A stretch of DNA of 64,000 bases from Patescibacteria group bacterium (GTDB taxonomy: Bacteria > Patescibacteriota > Microgenomatia > Levybacterales > UBA12049): assembly GCA_023484045.1 (NCBI GenBank), contig JAMDAA010000035.1, forward strand, positions 10,966 to 74,965, given 5' to 3'. The position numbers and the translations under genes were made by a program. The notes under the pieces are model-generated. The model ran no database searches, was not told the DNA's origin, and worked only from the letters and a program-made list of their open reading frames with translations. How positions within the stretch are numbered: position 1 is the first letter of the stretch; every line of letters starts with the position of its first letter. Below are positions 46,718-55,161 of this stretch, in pieces.

Positions 46718-47320
46718 ATGACAAAAATCTATACAAGAAAAGGAGATAAAGGAAAAACTTCTCTTTTTGGCGGAAAATGTGTTCAAAAATCAAATTCCCG
46801 GGTCGAAGCTTACGGGACAGTAGACGAATTAAATAGCGTGATTGGAATCGTTATTACTCAAGTTCAAAAATCAAAACTTCCTCCTTCGCTAAAGCTTCGG
46901 AGGACAAGCAAATCTCAAAACCATATCTTAAAGCTCAAAAATGAGTTGACCGAGATTCAAAAGGATTTATTTGAGATAGGAACAGAGCTTGCAGATCAAA
47001 AATCAGAAGTCAAAAATCAAAAACAACTCGCAGAGAGGATTGAAAAAATTGAGAAAGAGATCGATGAGATGGCGGAGCAACTGCCGGAAATTCACAATTT
47101 TATAATTCCCGGCGGGGGAGAAGCGGGGTCACTTCTTCACTTTTGTCGGGCAATCTGTCGGAGAGCAGAAAGAAGAGTGGTTGCATTGTCGAAAAAAGAA
47201 AAAATAAACAAAGAAATTCTCATTTATCTAAATCGTCTTTCGGACTTTTTGTTTATATCAGCACGATTTGTAAACAAATTAGAAAATAAAAAAGAAATAG
47301 TTTGGAGAAAAGAAATATGA
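46718..47320 (+). CDS. PduO-type cob(I)alamin adenosyltransferase with in-frame arm+REP insert (46865-46942)
   Basis: KIYTRKGDKGKT, YGTVDELNS, RRAER, LNRLSD. Confidence 0.93.
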   Translation: MTKIYTRKGDKGKTSLFGGKCVQKSNSRVEAYGTVDELNSVIGIVITQVQKSKLPPSLKLRRTSKSQNHILKLKNELTEIQKDLFEIGTELADQKSEVKNQKQLAERIEKIEKEIDEMAEQLPEIHNFIIPGGGEAGSLLHFCRAICRRAERRVVALSKKEKINKEILIYLNRLSDFLFISARFVNKLENKKEIVWRKEI

Positions 47321-48675
47321 GAGGAAAAGAATTATTAACAGACGGAAGCGCGGCACTCCAGCCGGTTGTTAAACCGGAATTTAGGATTGTGGGAAGGAAT
47401 GAGAGGGAAGTAGTTGATTTAGAAATATATAGAAGAAAAAAAGAACTCCAGAAACCTATAGGACTTCAGAAATTTATAGATTTTCTCGACAGAAATTATC
47501 AGCAACAAAACTTAAAACGGGATTGGTATACATTAGATAAGGAAGTTGGGTTTAGTATGGATGCTCAAATGAGAATTTTTGAAGAAGCAGGAGAAAATAA
47601 GGCGTTGGCAGTTACGCGTACAAAACAGGATATGTTAGGATTTTCTCTTGAGTATTTACGACAAGGAACAGTTATGCCGGCAGATTATGAAATAAAAGAA
47701 GAATCCGACGGAACACAGAAAGTTGTAAACCTCAAATATGGGAAAGAAATATTGGATACCGTCTCCGAAAAGGAAAGAAAAGGATCTGTAAAAAGATCGA
47801 TTGGGAGAGTCAGAGATTATCTTTTGGGAGAAGGCGAGGGATCAGTTGGTATAGTTGTTAGTCCTCCAGGGTGGACAGGTCTTAAGACAGACAGAGGAGA
47901 GCCTATTATTTATGATCAAACTCAAATTTTATACTTCCAAAATACAGGAAATAGAATAGAAGAAACTACTTATAGAACTGATTTTGATCAACAAAAATGC
48001 AGAAAATTAATAGAAAGACTAACCGGTACAGAAATTCCGAGTAATGCTAATGTCGAAGATTATGTTGGTCAAATAGCTTTAATCGGACCATCGGCAGGGC
48101 ATTTAGCAAAAGAGCCAGAGGGACTTATAAATATTATGCAGGGAATCGGAGGATCAGCCTTTGCTTATGGAGATAAAACATGGGAAGACATGAGAAAAGA
48201 TTTAAGGCGAAGAAGAGAACTTTACGAATTTGACGCAAGAGCAAAGGAAATTCTTGATAAATTTGAAGTTTATGTTTTATCGCATGATCTAAATCCACTA
48301 CAGACACAGAAAGCGATTGCAGGAACAGTACTTCGTTTGTCCAAGTTTTTCCTATATGATGGCCAAGAAGATTATGATCAAGGAGAATTAACTCTAAAAA
48401 GATCGTCGTACACAGTTGTTTATCGCCGACCTGTAACTTATGGTCAGGTACTTGAAGAAGTTAAAAAATTACCAGGCTGTGAAGGAGGAGGGAATAAAAC
48501 AAGCGTTTTATCGGTTACCGAAAGAACAGGAACAGTGTTAACAAAAGATAGGGGATATAAATTTGATGATTACGAACATGGTTGCAAAAATTGCGGAAAA
48601 AAACCAACAGGGCCATGCCAAATATGCGAGCCCTGCACAGAAGATATAGAAAGAGCAGAGGCGGGTCTGGAATAA
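47317..48675 (+). CDS. Hypothetical protein with C-terminal Cys cluster
   Basis: Long ORF starting at an ATGA overlap; CKNC..CQICEPC. Confidence 0.7.
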   Translation: MRGKELLTDGSAALQPVVKPEFRIVGRNEREVVDLEIYRRKKELQKPIGLQKFIDFLDRNYQQQNLKRDWYTLDKEVGFSMDAQMRIFEEAGENKALAVTRTKQDMLGFSLEYLRQGTVMPADYEIKEESDGTQKVVNLKYGKEILDTVSEKERKGSVKRSIGRVRDYLLGEGEGSVGIVVSPPGWTGLKTDRGEPIIYDQTQILYFQNTGNRIEETTYRTDFDQQKCRKLIERLTGTEIPSNANVEDYVGQIALIGPSAGHLAKEPEGLINIMQGIGGSAFAYGDKTWEDMRKDLRRRRELYEFDARAKEILDKFEVYVLSHDLNPLQTQKAIAGTVLRLSKFFLYDGQEDYDQGELTLKRSSYTVVYRRPVTYGQVLEEVKKLPGCEGGGNKTSVLSVTERTGTVLTKDRGYKFDDYEHGCKNCGKKPTGPCQICEPCTEDIERAEAGLE

Positions 48676-48729
48676 TTTGTGACCTTAATATAATGACATC
48701 AAAAAATTTTAGTGTTATTATGATAGTGT

Positions 48730-49182
48730 ATGGACGACAAAACTCAAACAGATACTCAACAGACAGTTAACCAGTCATCTCAACCGCCTTCACAGGTTTC
48801 GCCTCAGAAGGTCGTGATTACTCCTCAGATTCAGCCGACGGCACCAGTACATAAAGAATTTGAGCGTCCGGTGGGTGTTTCGAGCGAATTAAATGATTAT
48901 GTAAAGTCTTCCGAAACACCGCCGCAGGTAGAGCAAGAAGTATTAGACGCAGGAGTTCAAAAAGTAGATCATTTACCAAAACTTTCTGATCAGCATAATA
49001 ATATCGGCGTAAAGCATTCGATTCCGCCTGTGTCAAGAACAATTGCCGAACCTTCAGTTGTTCTTCCGATGACCAAACAAGAAGCCGAAAAAACGTTGAG
49101 ACACAATCCGGTCTCGAGCGCGATAAAATGGAAAGCAGCAGAAGTTTTAAAACAATTTTCAAAATTATTTATCGGAGGGTAG
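48730..49182 (+). CDS. Hypothetical low-complexity protein
   Basis: ORF with a promoter-like upstream region, preceding the virD4-like gene. Confidence 0.65.
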   Translation: MDDKTQTDTQQTVNQSSQPPSQVSPQKVVITPQIQPTAPVHKEFERPVGVSSELNDYVKSSETPPQVEQEVLDAGVQKVDHLPKLSDQHNNIGVKHSIPPVSRTIAEPSVVLPMTKQEAEKTLRHNPVSSAIKWKAAEVLKQFSKLFIGG

Positions 49183-49186
49183 AGTA

Positions 49187-51565
49187 ATGTTTTTACAGAC
49201 ACCATCGCTTGAAAATTTAGATACACTCATTATCTCATCTTTACTCGGTTTTTTAGCCGCAGCTATTTTGGTTTTGGGTTTGGCCGGAATTTTATATATC
49301 ATATTTCTAGTTTATAAAAACCGGAACCGCGAGAAAGAATCTTTAAATTCGACACTTCTTCAAATTTCTTTACCGCGTGACAACGAAATTAAAATCGATG
49401 CCGCAGAACAACTATTCTCGAGTCTTGCGTCGATTGGGAAAAGCGGAATGTTTTCTTTTTTAAAACCGCAACCTCATTTATCTTTCGAAATCGTCGGGGT
49501 GCCAGGGGATATCAGCTTTTTTGTATATGTTCCAAATTCGATTCGCGACCTCGTCGAAAAGCAAATTAACGGCGCATATCCAGACGCAGAGATAAAACCT
49601 GTAGATATAGGAAGTTATAATAAAAAAGAATATACGGTTGGAAATGAATATAATATTTTTTCAGAAGCAGGAAAGGTCGCGTTCACCTCTTTAAAACTCA
49701 AATCATCGAATTACCACCCGATAAAAGTTTTTAAAGATCTACCGACAGATCCGCTATCATCGATAACATCAGTTTTAGCAAAGATGACAGAAGGAGAGGG
49801 GGCGGCGATTCAGATTTTAATAAGTCCGGCCGATGACAAGTGGAGGAAACAGGGACGATCTTATATAGCAAAAACTAAAAAAATTGAAGCTAATCCCGAA
49901 ACTGCAAAATATGCATCAGACTCTAAAGAACTCGAGGCGATCGAAAGCGAAATATCAAAGTCCGGATTTAACACGGTCGTGAGAATAGTTGTGTGCTCAA
50001 GTACGATCGAATCTGCCAACGCGCACCTGAGCAATATAAAAACAAGTTTTGGACAGTTTAGCGGTCTTAATTCTTTTAAGAAAAACCGTCATTGGTTCAA
50101 AGGGCTTTTTATGAATGACTTTATTTATAGATATATGCCGCTTTTCGACCAAACCTCGGTCATGTCAAGCGAGGAGTTGGCGACAATATTTCATCTGCCG
50201 AATAAAAGCATCACAACTCCGCATATTCATTGGGTAACGGCCAAACGCGCTCCGGCTCCGGCGCAGATTCCGGAAAGCGGTTTGTACCTTGGCAAAAGTT
50301 CGTACAGAGGAATATCAAAACCCGTTTATATCGGACTCGAAGATCGGAGAAAACACATGTACATAATCGGAAAAACAGGCGTTGGAAAATCCGAATTTAT
50401 GAAAGAAATGATCATGCAGGATATAAAAGCGGGTGAGGGAGTTGCGGTTATCGATCCGCACGGAGATTTAATCGACGATATTTTACTATTAATGCCTTCA
50501 AACAGATCAGAAGACGTAATTTTATTCGATCCGTCTGACACCCAAAGACCGATGGGTTTTAATATGCTTGAGGCTCAAACAGAGGAACAAAAGCATTTGG
50601 TAACAACCTCAATTATAGGACTCATGTATAAACTTTTCGATCCGCATCAAACCGGAATTATCGGTCCTAGATTTGAACACGCGATTAGAAACGCGATGTT
50701 GACTGTTATGTGTGAGCCGGGAAATACTTTTGTCGAAGTTGTCCGTGCGCTTACAGATGCTGCATTTGTTCAGGAGCTTTTGCCAAAAGTTCAGGATCCG
50801 ATCATCAGGCGTTACTGGACAGATCAAATCGCGCAAACTTCGGATTTTCATAAGTCCGAAGTTTTGGATTATATCGTTTCTAAATTCGGCCGATTCGTCA
50901 CGAATAAAACGATCCGAAATATTATCGGGCAATCAGACAGCGCGTTTAATTTTAGAAAAGTAATGGACGAAGGAAAAATTTTATTGGTCAATCTTTCAAA
51001 GGGAAAAATAGGGGAGGAAAATTCTAACTTCTTGGGTTTAGTTCTTGTGCCTAAAATATTAATCGCCGCGATGTCGCGTCAGGACATAGCGAGAGAGCAA
51101 CGACGAGACTTTTTCTTATATGTTGATGAGTTTCAGAATTTCGCGACGCCAGATTTTGCGCAGATTTTATCAGAAGCCCGAAAATACAAGCTTAATTTAA
51201 CCGTTGCGAACCAATTTATCGGCCAAATGGAAGAAGAAATTAAAAATGCGATTTTTGGAAACGTAGGAACGGTCGTTGCGTTCAGAGTCGGAGTAACAGA
51301 CGCAAATTATTTACAGCATGAATTCCAGCCGGTTTTTACAGAAGCGGATTTAATAAACGTCGAAAGATTTAACGCCTACGTCAAGACGGTAGTAAACGGC
51401 GAACCGGTTCCACCGTTTTCGATGGATTTAGTAAAAGACATTAATAAAGAAAAAGAATTACAGAACCCGAGAGTCGCAGAGCTCGTTAAAGAACTTTCAA
51501 GGCTTAAATACGGGAAAGACGCAAGAGAAATCGAAAACGAAATCGCCGAAAGAGCCAGGTTGTAA
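49187..51565 (+). CDS. VirD4/TraG/TrwB-like coupling ATPase
   Basis: HMYIIGKTGVGKS, IDPHGDL, YVDEFQNF, SEARKY. Confidence 0.88.
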   Translation: MFLQTPSLENLDTLIISSLLGFLAAAILVLGLAGILYIIFLVYKNRNREKESLNSTLLQISLPRDNEIKIDAAEQLFSSLASIGKSGMFSFLKPQPHLSFEIVGVPGDISFFVYVPNSIRDLVEKQINGAYPDAEIKPVDIGSYNKKEYTVGNEYNIFSEAGKVAFTSLKLKSSNYHPIKVFKDLPTDPLSSITSVLAKMTEGEGAAIQILISPADDKWRKQGRSYIAKTKKIEANPETAKYASDSKELEAIESEISKSGFNTVVRIVVCSSTIESANAHLSNIKTSFGQFSGLNSFKKNRHWFKGLFMNDFIYRYMPLFDQTSVMSSEELATIFHLPNKSITTPHIHWVTAKRAPAPAQIPESGLYLGKSSYRGISKPVYIGLEDRRKHMYIIGKTGVGKSEFMKEMIMQDIKAGEGVAVIDPHGDLIDDILLLMPSNRSEDVILFDPSDTQRPMGFNMLEAQTEEQKHLVTTSIIGLMYKLFDPHQTGIIGPRFEHAIRNAMLTVMCEPGNTFVEVVRALTDAAFVQELLPKVQDPIIRRYWTDQIAQTSDFHKSEVLDYIVSKFGRFVTNKTIRNIIGQSDSAFNFRKVMDEGKILLVNLSKGKIGEENSNFLGLVLVPKILIAAMSRQDIAREQRRDFFLYVDEFQNFATPDFAQILSEARKYKLNLTVANQFIGQMEEEIKNAIFGNVGTVVAFRVGVTDANYLQHEFQPVFTEADLINVERFNAYVKTVVNGEPVPPFSMDLVKDINKEKELQNPRVAELVKELSRLKYGKDAREIENEIAERARL

Positions 51566-51643
51566 CCCCTTTTTCTTGACAGCACGTCAATATTTTCGTA
51601 CGCTAGAATTATATTCTAAGAAATATTATTTAAATGTCCAATT

Positions 51644-52336
51644 ATGACACGGATAATAGATCGGCAAAAAGCTATTAGACTAAGAAAACAAGGAAAGACA
51701 TATAGTGAAATAAAGAAAGAATTAAAAATCTCTAAAAGTACTCTTTCTGATTGGTTGTCAAACTTTTATTTGACAAATGAACAACTTAAGTTATTAGAAA
51801 AGAGTATCAAAAGAAAAAAAGAATTAGCCATAGAGAAATATAGGGGAACGATGCATTCAAAACGAGAAACAAGATTAGAAAAGATTTATGATATTCAAAA
51901 AAGAACAATTCTTCCATTATTAAAAAAAGAATTGGATATTGCTGGATTATTTTTGTATTGGGGAGAAGGAAATAAGAATTTGCAAGGACCGGTATCGATT
52001 AATAATACTGATCCTCAGGTTCTTTTGTTTACCCTATATTGGTTAACAAAAATTATAATGGTGCCAAAAGAGAAAATTAAAGTGTATATTCATCTGTATG
52101 CAGATATGAATATAAAGAAAGAAATTAATTATTGGAGCACAACTTTAAATATCTCATTATCTCAATTTAATAAACCCTATATTAAAAAAAGTAAAAGAAT
52201 AGATCTGGATCAAAAAGGATTTGGCCACGGAACATGTGCCTTAGTCGTTAATAACGTAAGGCTTAAAGAAAAAATTTTAATGAGTATTAAAGTAATAGCT
52301 GACTACTATAGTAGATTGAATCTGTGCTATAATTGA
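51644..52336 (+). CDS. HTH + LAGLIDADG-like protein adjacent to a tRNA
   Basis: N-terminal HTH (GKTYSEI..ISKSTLSDW), LYWGEG..NTDP motif. Confidence 0.6.
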   Translation: MTRIIDRQKAIRLRKQGKTYSEIKKELKISKSTLSDWLSNFYLTNEQLKLLEKSIKRKKELAIEKYRGTMHSKRETRLEKIYDIQKRTILPLLKKELDIAGLFLYWGEGNKNLQGPVSINNTDPQVLLFTLYWLTKIIMVPKEKIKVYIHLYADMNIKKEINYWSTTLNISLSQFNKPYIKKSKRIDLDQKGFGHGTCALVVNNVRLKEKILMSIKVIADYYSRLNLCYN

Positions 52337-52346
52337 GCAGTTAAAG

Positions 52347-52418
52347 GGGCTCGTAGCTCAGCGGGAGAGCGGTTGTCTTATAAACAACAGGTGCTTGGTT
52401 CGACCCCAAGCGGGCCCA
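52347..52418 (+). tRNA. tRNA-Ile(TAT)
   Basis: GTTGT-CTTATAA-ACAAC anticodon arm; GGGCTCG/CGGGCCC acceptor; discriminator A. Confidence 0.9.
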
Positions 52419-52419
52419 C

Positions 52420-52478
52420 TTCGAATCCAAGCGGACGCACAAGTAAATCTCAAATCTCAAAAATCAAATCTCAAATCT
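52420..52478 (+). repeat. Extra tRNA 3'-end fragment followed by a CAAATCT heptamer run
   Basis: TTCGAATCCAAGCGGACGCAC, then TAAATCT CAAATCT CAAAAAT CAAATCT CAAATCT. Confidence 0.7.
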
Positions 52479-52827
52479 GAGAAGCGATAGATTTAACTCT
52501 TATGATCTCATATTTATTCCATTTTTCTTGAAAATCAATCATAATTGATATCTCATCATTTGTTAATTCAATGTTTTTGGGAACCACAATTAATTTATCG
52601 TCATCATCGTTCAATCTATGGATTACAGCAATGACCTTGCCTTTTACCCGATTAACAGGAGTATTCACCCCAAGAAAATATACGTCTAATTCTTCTCCGT
52701 CTGGAGCTTTTGTATTTGGTATATATCCATAATTAGCTAAATATAAAAAACCATGCTTAGGATGTTTAGTTCCAAGTGGTCTATCGATAAAAACCTCCAC
52801 CTCTTTTCCTAAATATTTTGAAGCCAT
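52471..52827 (-). CDS. Short inorganic pyrophosphatase-family protein
   Basis: IDRPLG..HP, NYGYIPNT.APDGEELD, DDDDKL. Confidence 0.85.
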   Translation of the reverse strand: MASKYLGKEVEVFIDRPLGTKHPKHGFLYLANYGYIPNTKAPDGEELDVYFLGVNTPVNRVKGKVIAVIHRLNDDDDKLIVVPKNIELTNDEISIMIDFQEKWNKYEIIRVKSIASQI

Positions 52828-52917
52828 CAAAAAAGATCGCGTTTTATTTTTCATAAGCAAAATTATAACATCTTTGTAAATTTTAAGCTAAAAAAATTAG
52901 ATGAGTCTACTTTTTCG

Positions 52918-53778
52918 TTAAAGTTCTATGAGGTGAGCGTTTTCTTTTGCGCGGTCTTTAACAAACTCCAAATATCTTTCTGTTGTCGAAAGTCTTTTGT
53001 GTCCCAAAATCTTTGAAAGTATAACCAGAGAAACACCGTGTTTTAAATGATGGGCGACGAAAGTGTGTCGGAGGTCGTTTACTTTTGCATTTTTTATGTC
53101 ACAAAGTCTAAAGTAACGTTCGATCGCGGTTCTTATATTTCTTATTAAAAACGGCTTGCCTGATTTTGTAACAAAAATCCGGTCTTCTTTAACTTCTGGT
53201 CTTGCTTTTATGTAGCTATCTAAGGCATCTTTCGCAGCTTTGTTTAAAGGAACAATTCTTTCTTCGTGTTTTTCAAACGCCTGAATTCTTAAATTATCGC
53301 CGTTCATATCCGAAAGACGAAGACCCGCTAATTCTCCGATCCTTATGCCTGTTTGCAAAAGGAGTTCGATAACGGCAAACATCCTGCAATCGTTTCTTGC
53401 AGCATCCCGTAAGGCTCTGTATTCAGTCGGGGCTAAAATTCGGGGTGGGGCAAGTTCATATCTTGGATGATTTATCAAAAGAGAGGGGTCCTCTACGACA
53501 TACTCATTACTCTTTAAAAACCTATAAAACGTACGTGTTGAGTTAATTTTTCGTGAGATTGATTTCGGCGTGTATCCATCTTTTGATAATTTCGCCAAAA
53601 AAGCCTCGAGATTCTCTTTTGTAGCCTCATGAATATTGTTTTTCGATAATTCCTCTAAGAATAGAACTAACTGCTCGATATCTTTCCCATATGCTACAAT
53701 GGTAGAGTTCGAGTGATGTTTTTCTTTGAGAAAATTCTTAAATTGAACGTGGGCATCTCTAACTTTTATTATTTTCAT
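52918..53778 (-). CDS. XerC/D-like tyrosine recombinase
   Basis: TGIRIGEL, LRHTF, LGH..LSTTERY. Confidence 0.9.
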   Translation of the reverse strand: MKIIKVRDAHVQFKNFLKEKHHSNSTIVAYGKDIEQLVLFLEELSKNNIHEATKENLEAFLAKLSKDGYTPKSISRKINSTRTFYRFLKSNEYVVEDPSLLINHPRYELAPPRILAPTEYRALRDAARNDCRMFAVIELLLQTGIRIGELAGLRLSDMNGDNLRIQAFEKHEERIVPLNKAAKDALDSYIKARPEVKEDRIFVTKSGKPFLIRNIRTAIERYFRLCDIKNAKVNDLRHTFVAHHLKHGVSLVILSKILGHKRLSTTERYLEFVKDRAKENAHLIEL

Positions 53779-53828
53779 TAGAATTTAATAAAGCCTATAA
53801 TATCAACAAACGTTAAGATAGTCAAGAT

Positions 53829-54173
53829 GTGAAAAAAATATTATTTTTCACGGTTTTAATCGCATCGATCTTTATAATAAACGGCCTAGTACGCTCGATT
53901 TGCGGTCTTTGGCAAAAACAGGGGTTAGTCGCGACCGCACAAAAAGAACTCGATCGGCAAAAACAGGAAAACAAAAATCTTAAAAAAAAGCTCACAGAAG
54001 TCCAAAATCCTAAATTTCTAGAAGAGCAGGCGAGAAACAAGCTGCTTTTGGTTAAAGAGAATGAGCAGGAAGTAATAATCCCGAAAGAATTCTTGGGAGC
54101 TTCGGATTCAGCTAGGGGGAAAAAGAGCGATTCGCGGCCAAACTGGCAAAAATGGTGGGATTTATTTTTCTAG
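53829..54173 (+). CDS. Septum formation initiator (FtsB/DivIC-like)
   Basis: TM helix + coiled coil, EEQARNKL.LVKENE, PNWQKWWDLFF. Confidence 0.8.
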   Translation: MKKILFFTVLIASIFIINGLVRSICGLWQKQGLVATAQKELDRQKQENKNLKKKLTEVQNPKFLEEQARNKLLLVKENEQEVIIPKEFLGASDSARGKKSDSRPNWQKWWDLFF

Positions 54174-54176
54174 AAA

Positions 54177-54422
54177 TTAGATTTTTAAACCTAAAATTTT
54201 CATCTTTTTATCTCTCCTCCAACCTTTAATTTGGCTCTCTCTTTTTAGGGCTGCAAATTTTGATTCAAGTGGTTCGGCATAAAGTAGTTTTACTGGTTTA
54301 TGAGACCTTGTGTATCTCCCGCCTTTCCCATTTTTATGATCCACAAATCTTGCATCGGGATTATTTGAGGAACCCGTATATAAACTGCCGTCAGAGCATA
54401 GAATAATGTAAACGAACCACAT
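54177..54422 (-). CDS. Small GIY-YIG nuclease
   Basis: WFVYIILCSDGSLYTG..R...H..GKGGRYT..ALKRE.QIK. Confidence 0.92.
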   Translation of the reverse strand: MWFVYIILCSDGSLYTGSSNNPDARFVDHKNGKGGRYTRSHKPVKLLYAEPLESKFAALKRESQIKGWRRDKKMKILGLKI

Positions 54423-54429
54423 AAAAGTG

Positions 54430-54555
54430 CTTGCACTGAACGGAGCGAAGCCTAGAAAAAGATATGTCCTTCGATAAACTCAGGACAATTCGCCGCTTCT
54501 ATTCTAAATGCTTGCAATGAGCAAGCCCGAATGAAATGAAGGGCGCGTCGAATTG
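54430..54555. repeat. Three REP elements between tRNA-fMet and the GIY-YIG start (54430-54450, 54466-54488, 54511-54555)
   Basis: CTTGCACTGAACGGAGCGAAG; GTCCTTCGATAAACTCAGGACAA; CTTGCAATGAGC...GTCGAATTG. Confidence 0.8.
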
Positions 54556-54624
54556 TTGCGGGGCTGGGAGTTGCGCCCAGCCTGTGAGATTATGAGCCTC
54601 ACGTGCACTGTACACTACCCCGCG
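54556..54624 (-). tRNA. tRNA-fMet(CAT), atypical
   Basis: C1xA72 mismatch; anticodon arm TGAGG-CTCATAA-TCTCA; short D arm. Confidence 0.8.
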
Positions 54625-54685
54625 CGTGCGTACTATTATAACAATTGATTTCACCTTGGTCAACCTGATATACTTTGATCTGAAA

Positions 54686-54762
54686 GCCAGGGTAGCTCAG
54701 TCGGTAAGAGCACAGCATTCATAACGCTGAGGTCGTGGGTTCGATTCCCACCCCTGGTACCA
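54686..54762 (+). tRNA. tRNA-Met(CAT), elongator
   Basis: CAGCA-TTCATAA-CGCTG; encoded CCA. Confidence 0.9.
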
Positions 54763-54820
54763 TAAAGCAGAACAAGTTCGCTTTATGGCCATGAAGTGAT
54801 CTTTGATCTACTTCATTGGC
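54760..54820. repeat. Two tandem hairpins between tRNA-Met and the GIY-YIG gene
   Basis: CCATAAAGC..GCTTTATGG and GCCATGAAGT..ACTTCATTGGC. Confidence 0.65.
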
Positions 54821-54852
54821 TATTAATGTTTCTTTCGAATCAATAGAAACAA

Positions 54853-55158
54853 ATGTCAAAACTTACGCATTGTGTTTACGTTTTGTTTAGTTTAAAAGAT
54901 AAAAATTTTTATATTGGATCTTCTTCAAATTTAAAGTCAAGATTAACGGACCATTTTAATGGAGAAGTTAAAAGCACTTTGTTCAGAAGACCATTTAAGC
55001 TTATTTTTTGTGAATATTTTTTATCTAAAAAAGATTCGTTAAGGAGAGAAAAATATTTTAAAACGACTTCAGGAAAAAAGGCATTAAAATTAATTATTAG
55101 AAAATCGCTTGATGAATTAATGCCTAAATTGGTTTCAAGAAATGCAAATTCTGTCTAA
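54853..55158 (+). CDS. Small GIY-YIG nuclease
   Basis: CVYVLFSLKDKNFYIGSS.NL..R...H..RREKYFKT..GK. Confidence 0.9.
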   Translation: MSKLTHCVYVLFSLKDKNFYIGSSSNLKSRLTDHFNGEVKSTLFRRPFKLIFCEYFLSKKDSLRREKYFKTTSGKKALKLIIRKSLDELMPKLVSRNANSV

Positions 55159-55161
55159 ATT

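Noticed and set aside
52918..53778. Prophage or island integrase near tRNAs
   Set aside because: XerC/D size and no phage cargo; its neighbours are housekeeping genes.
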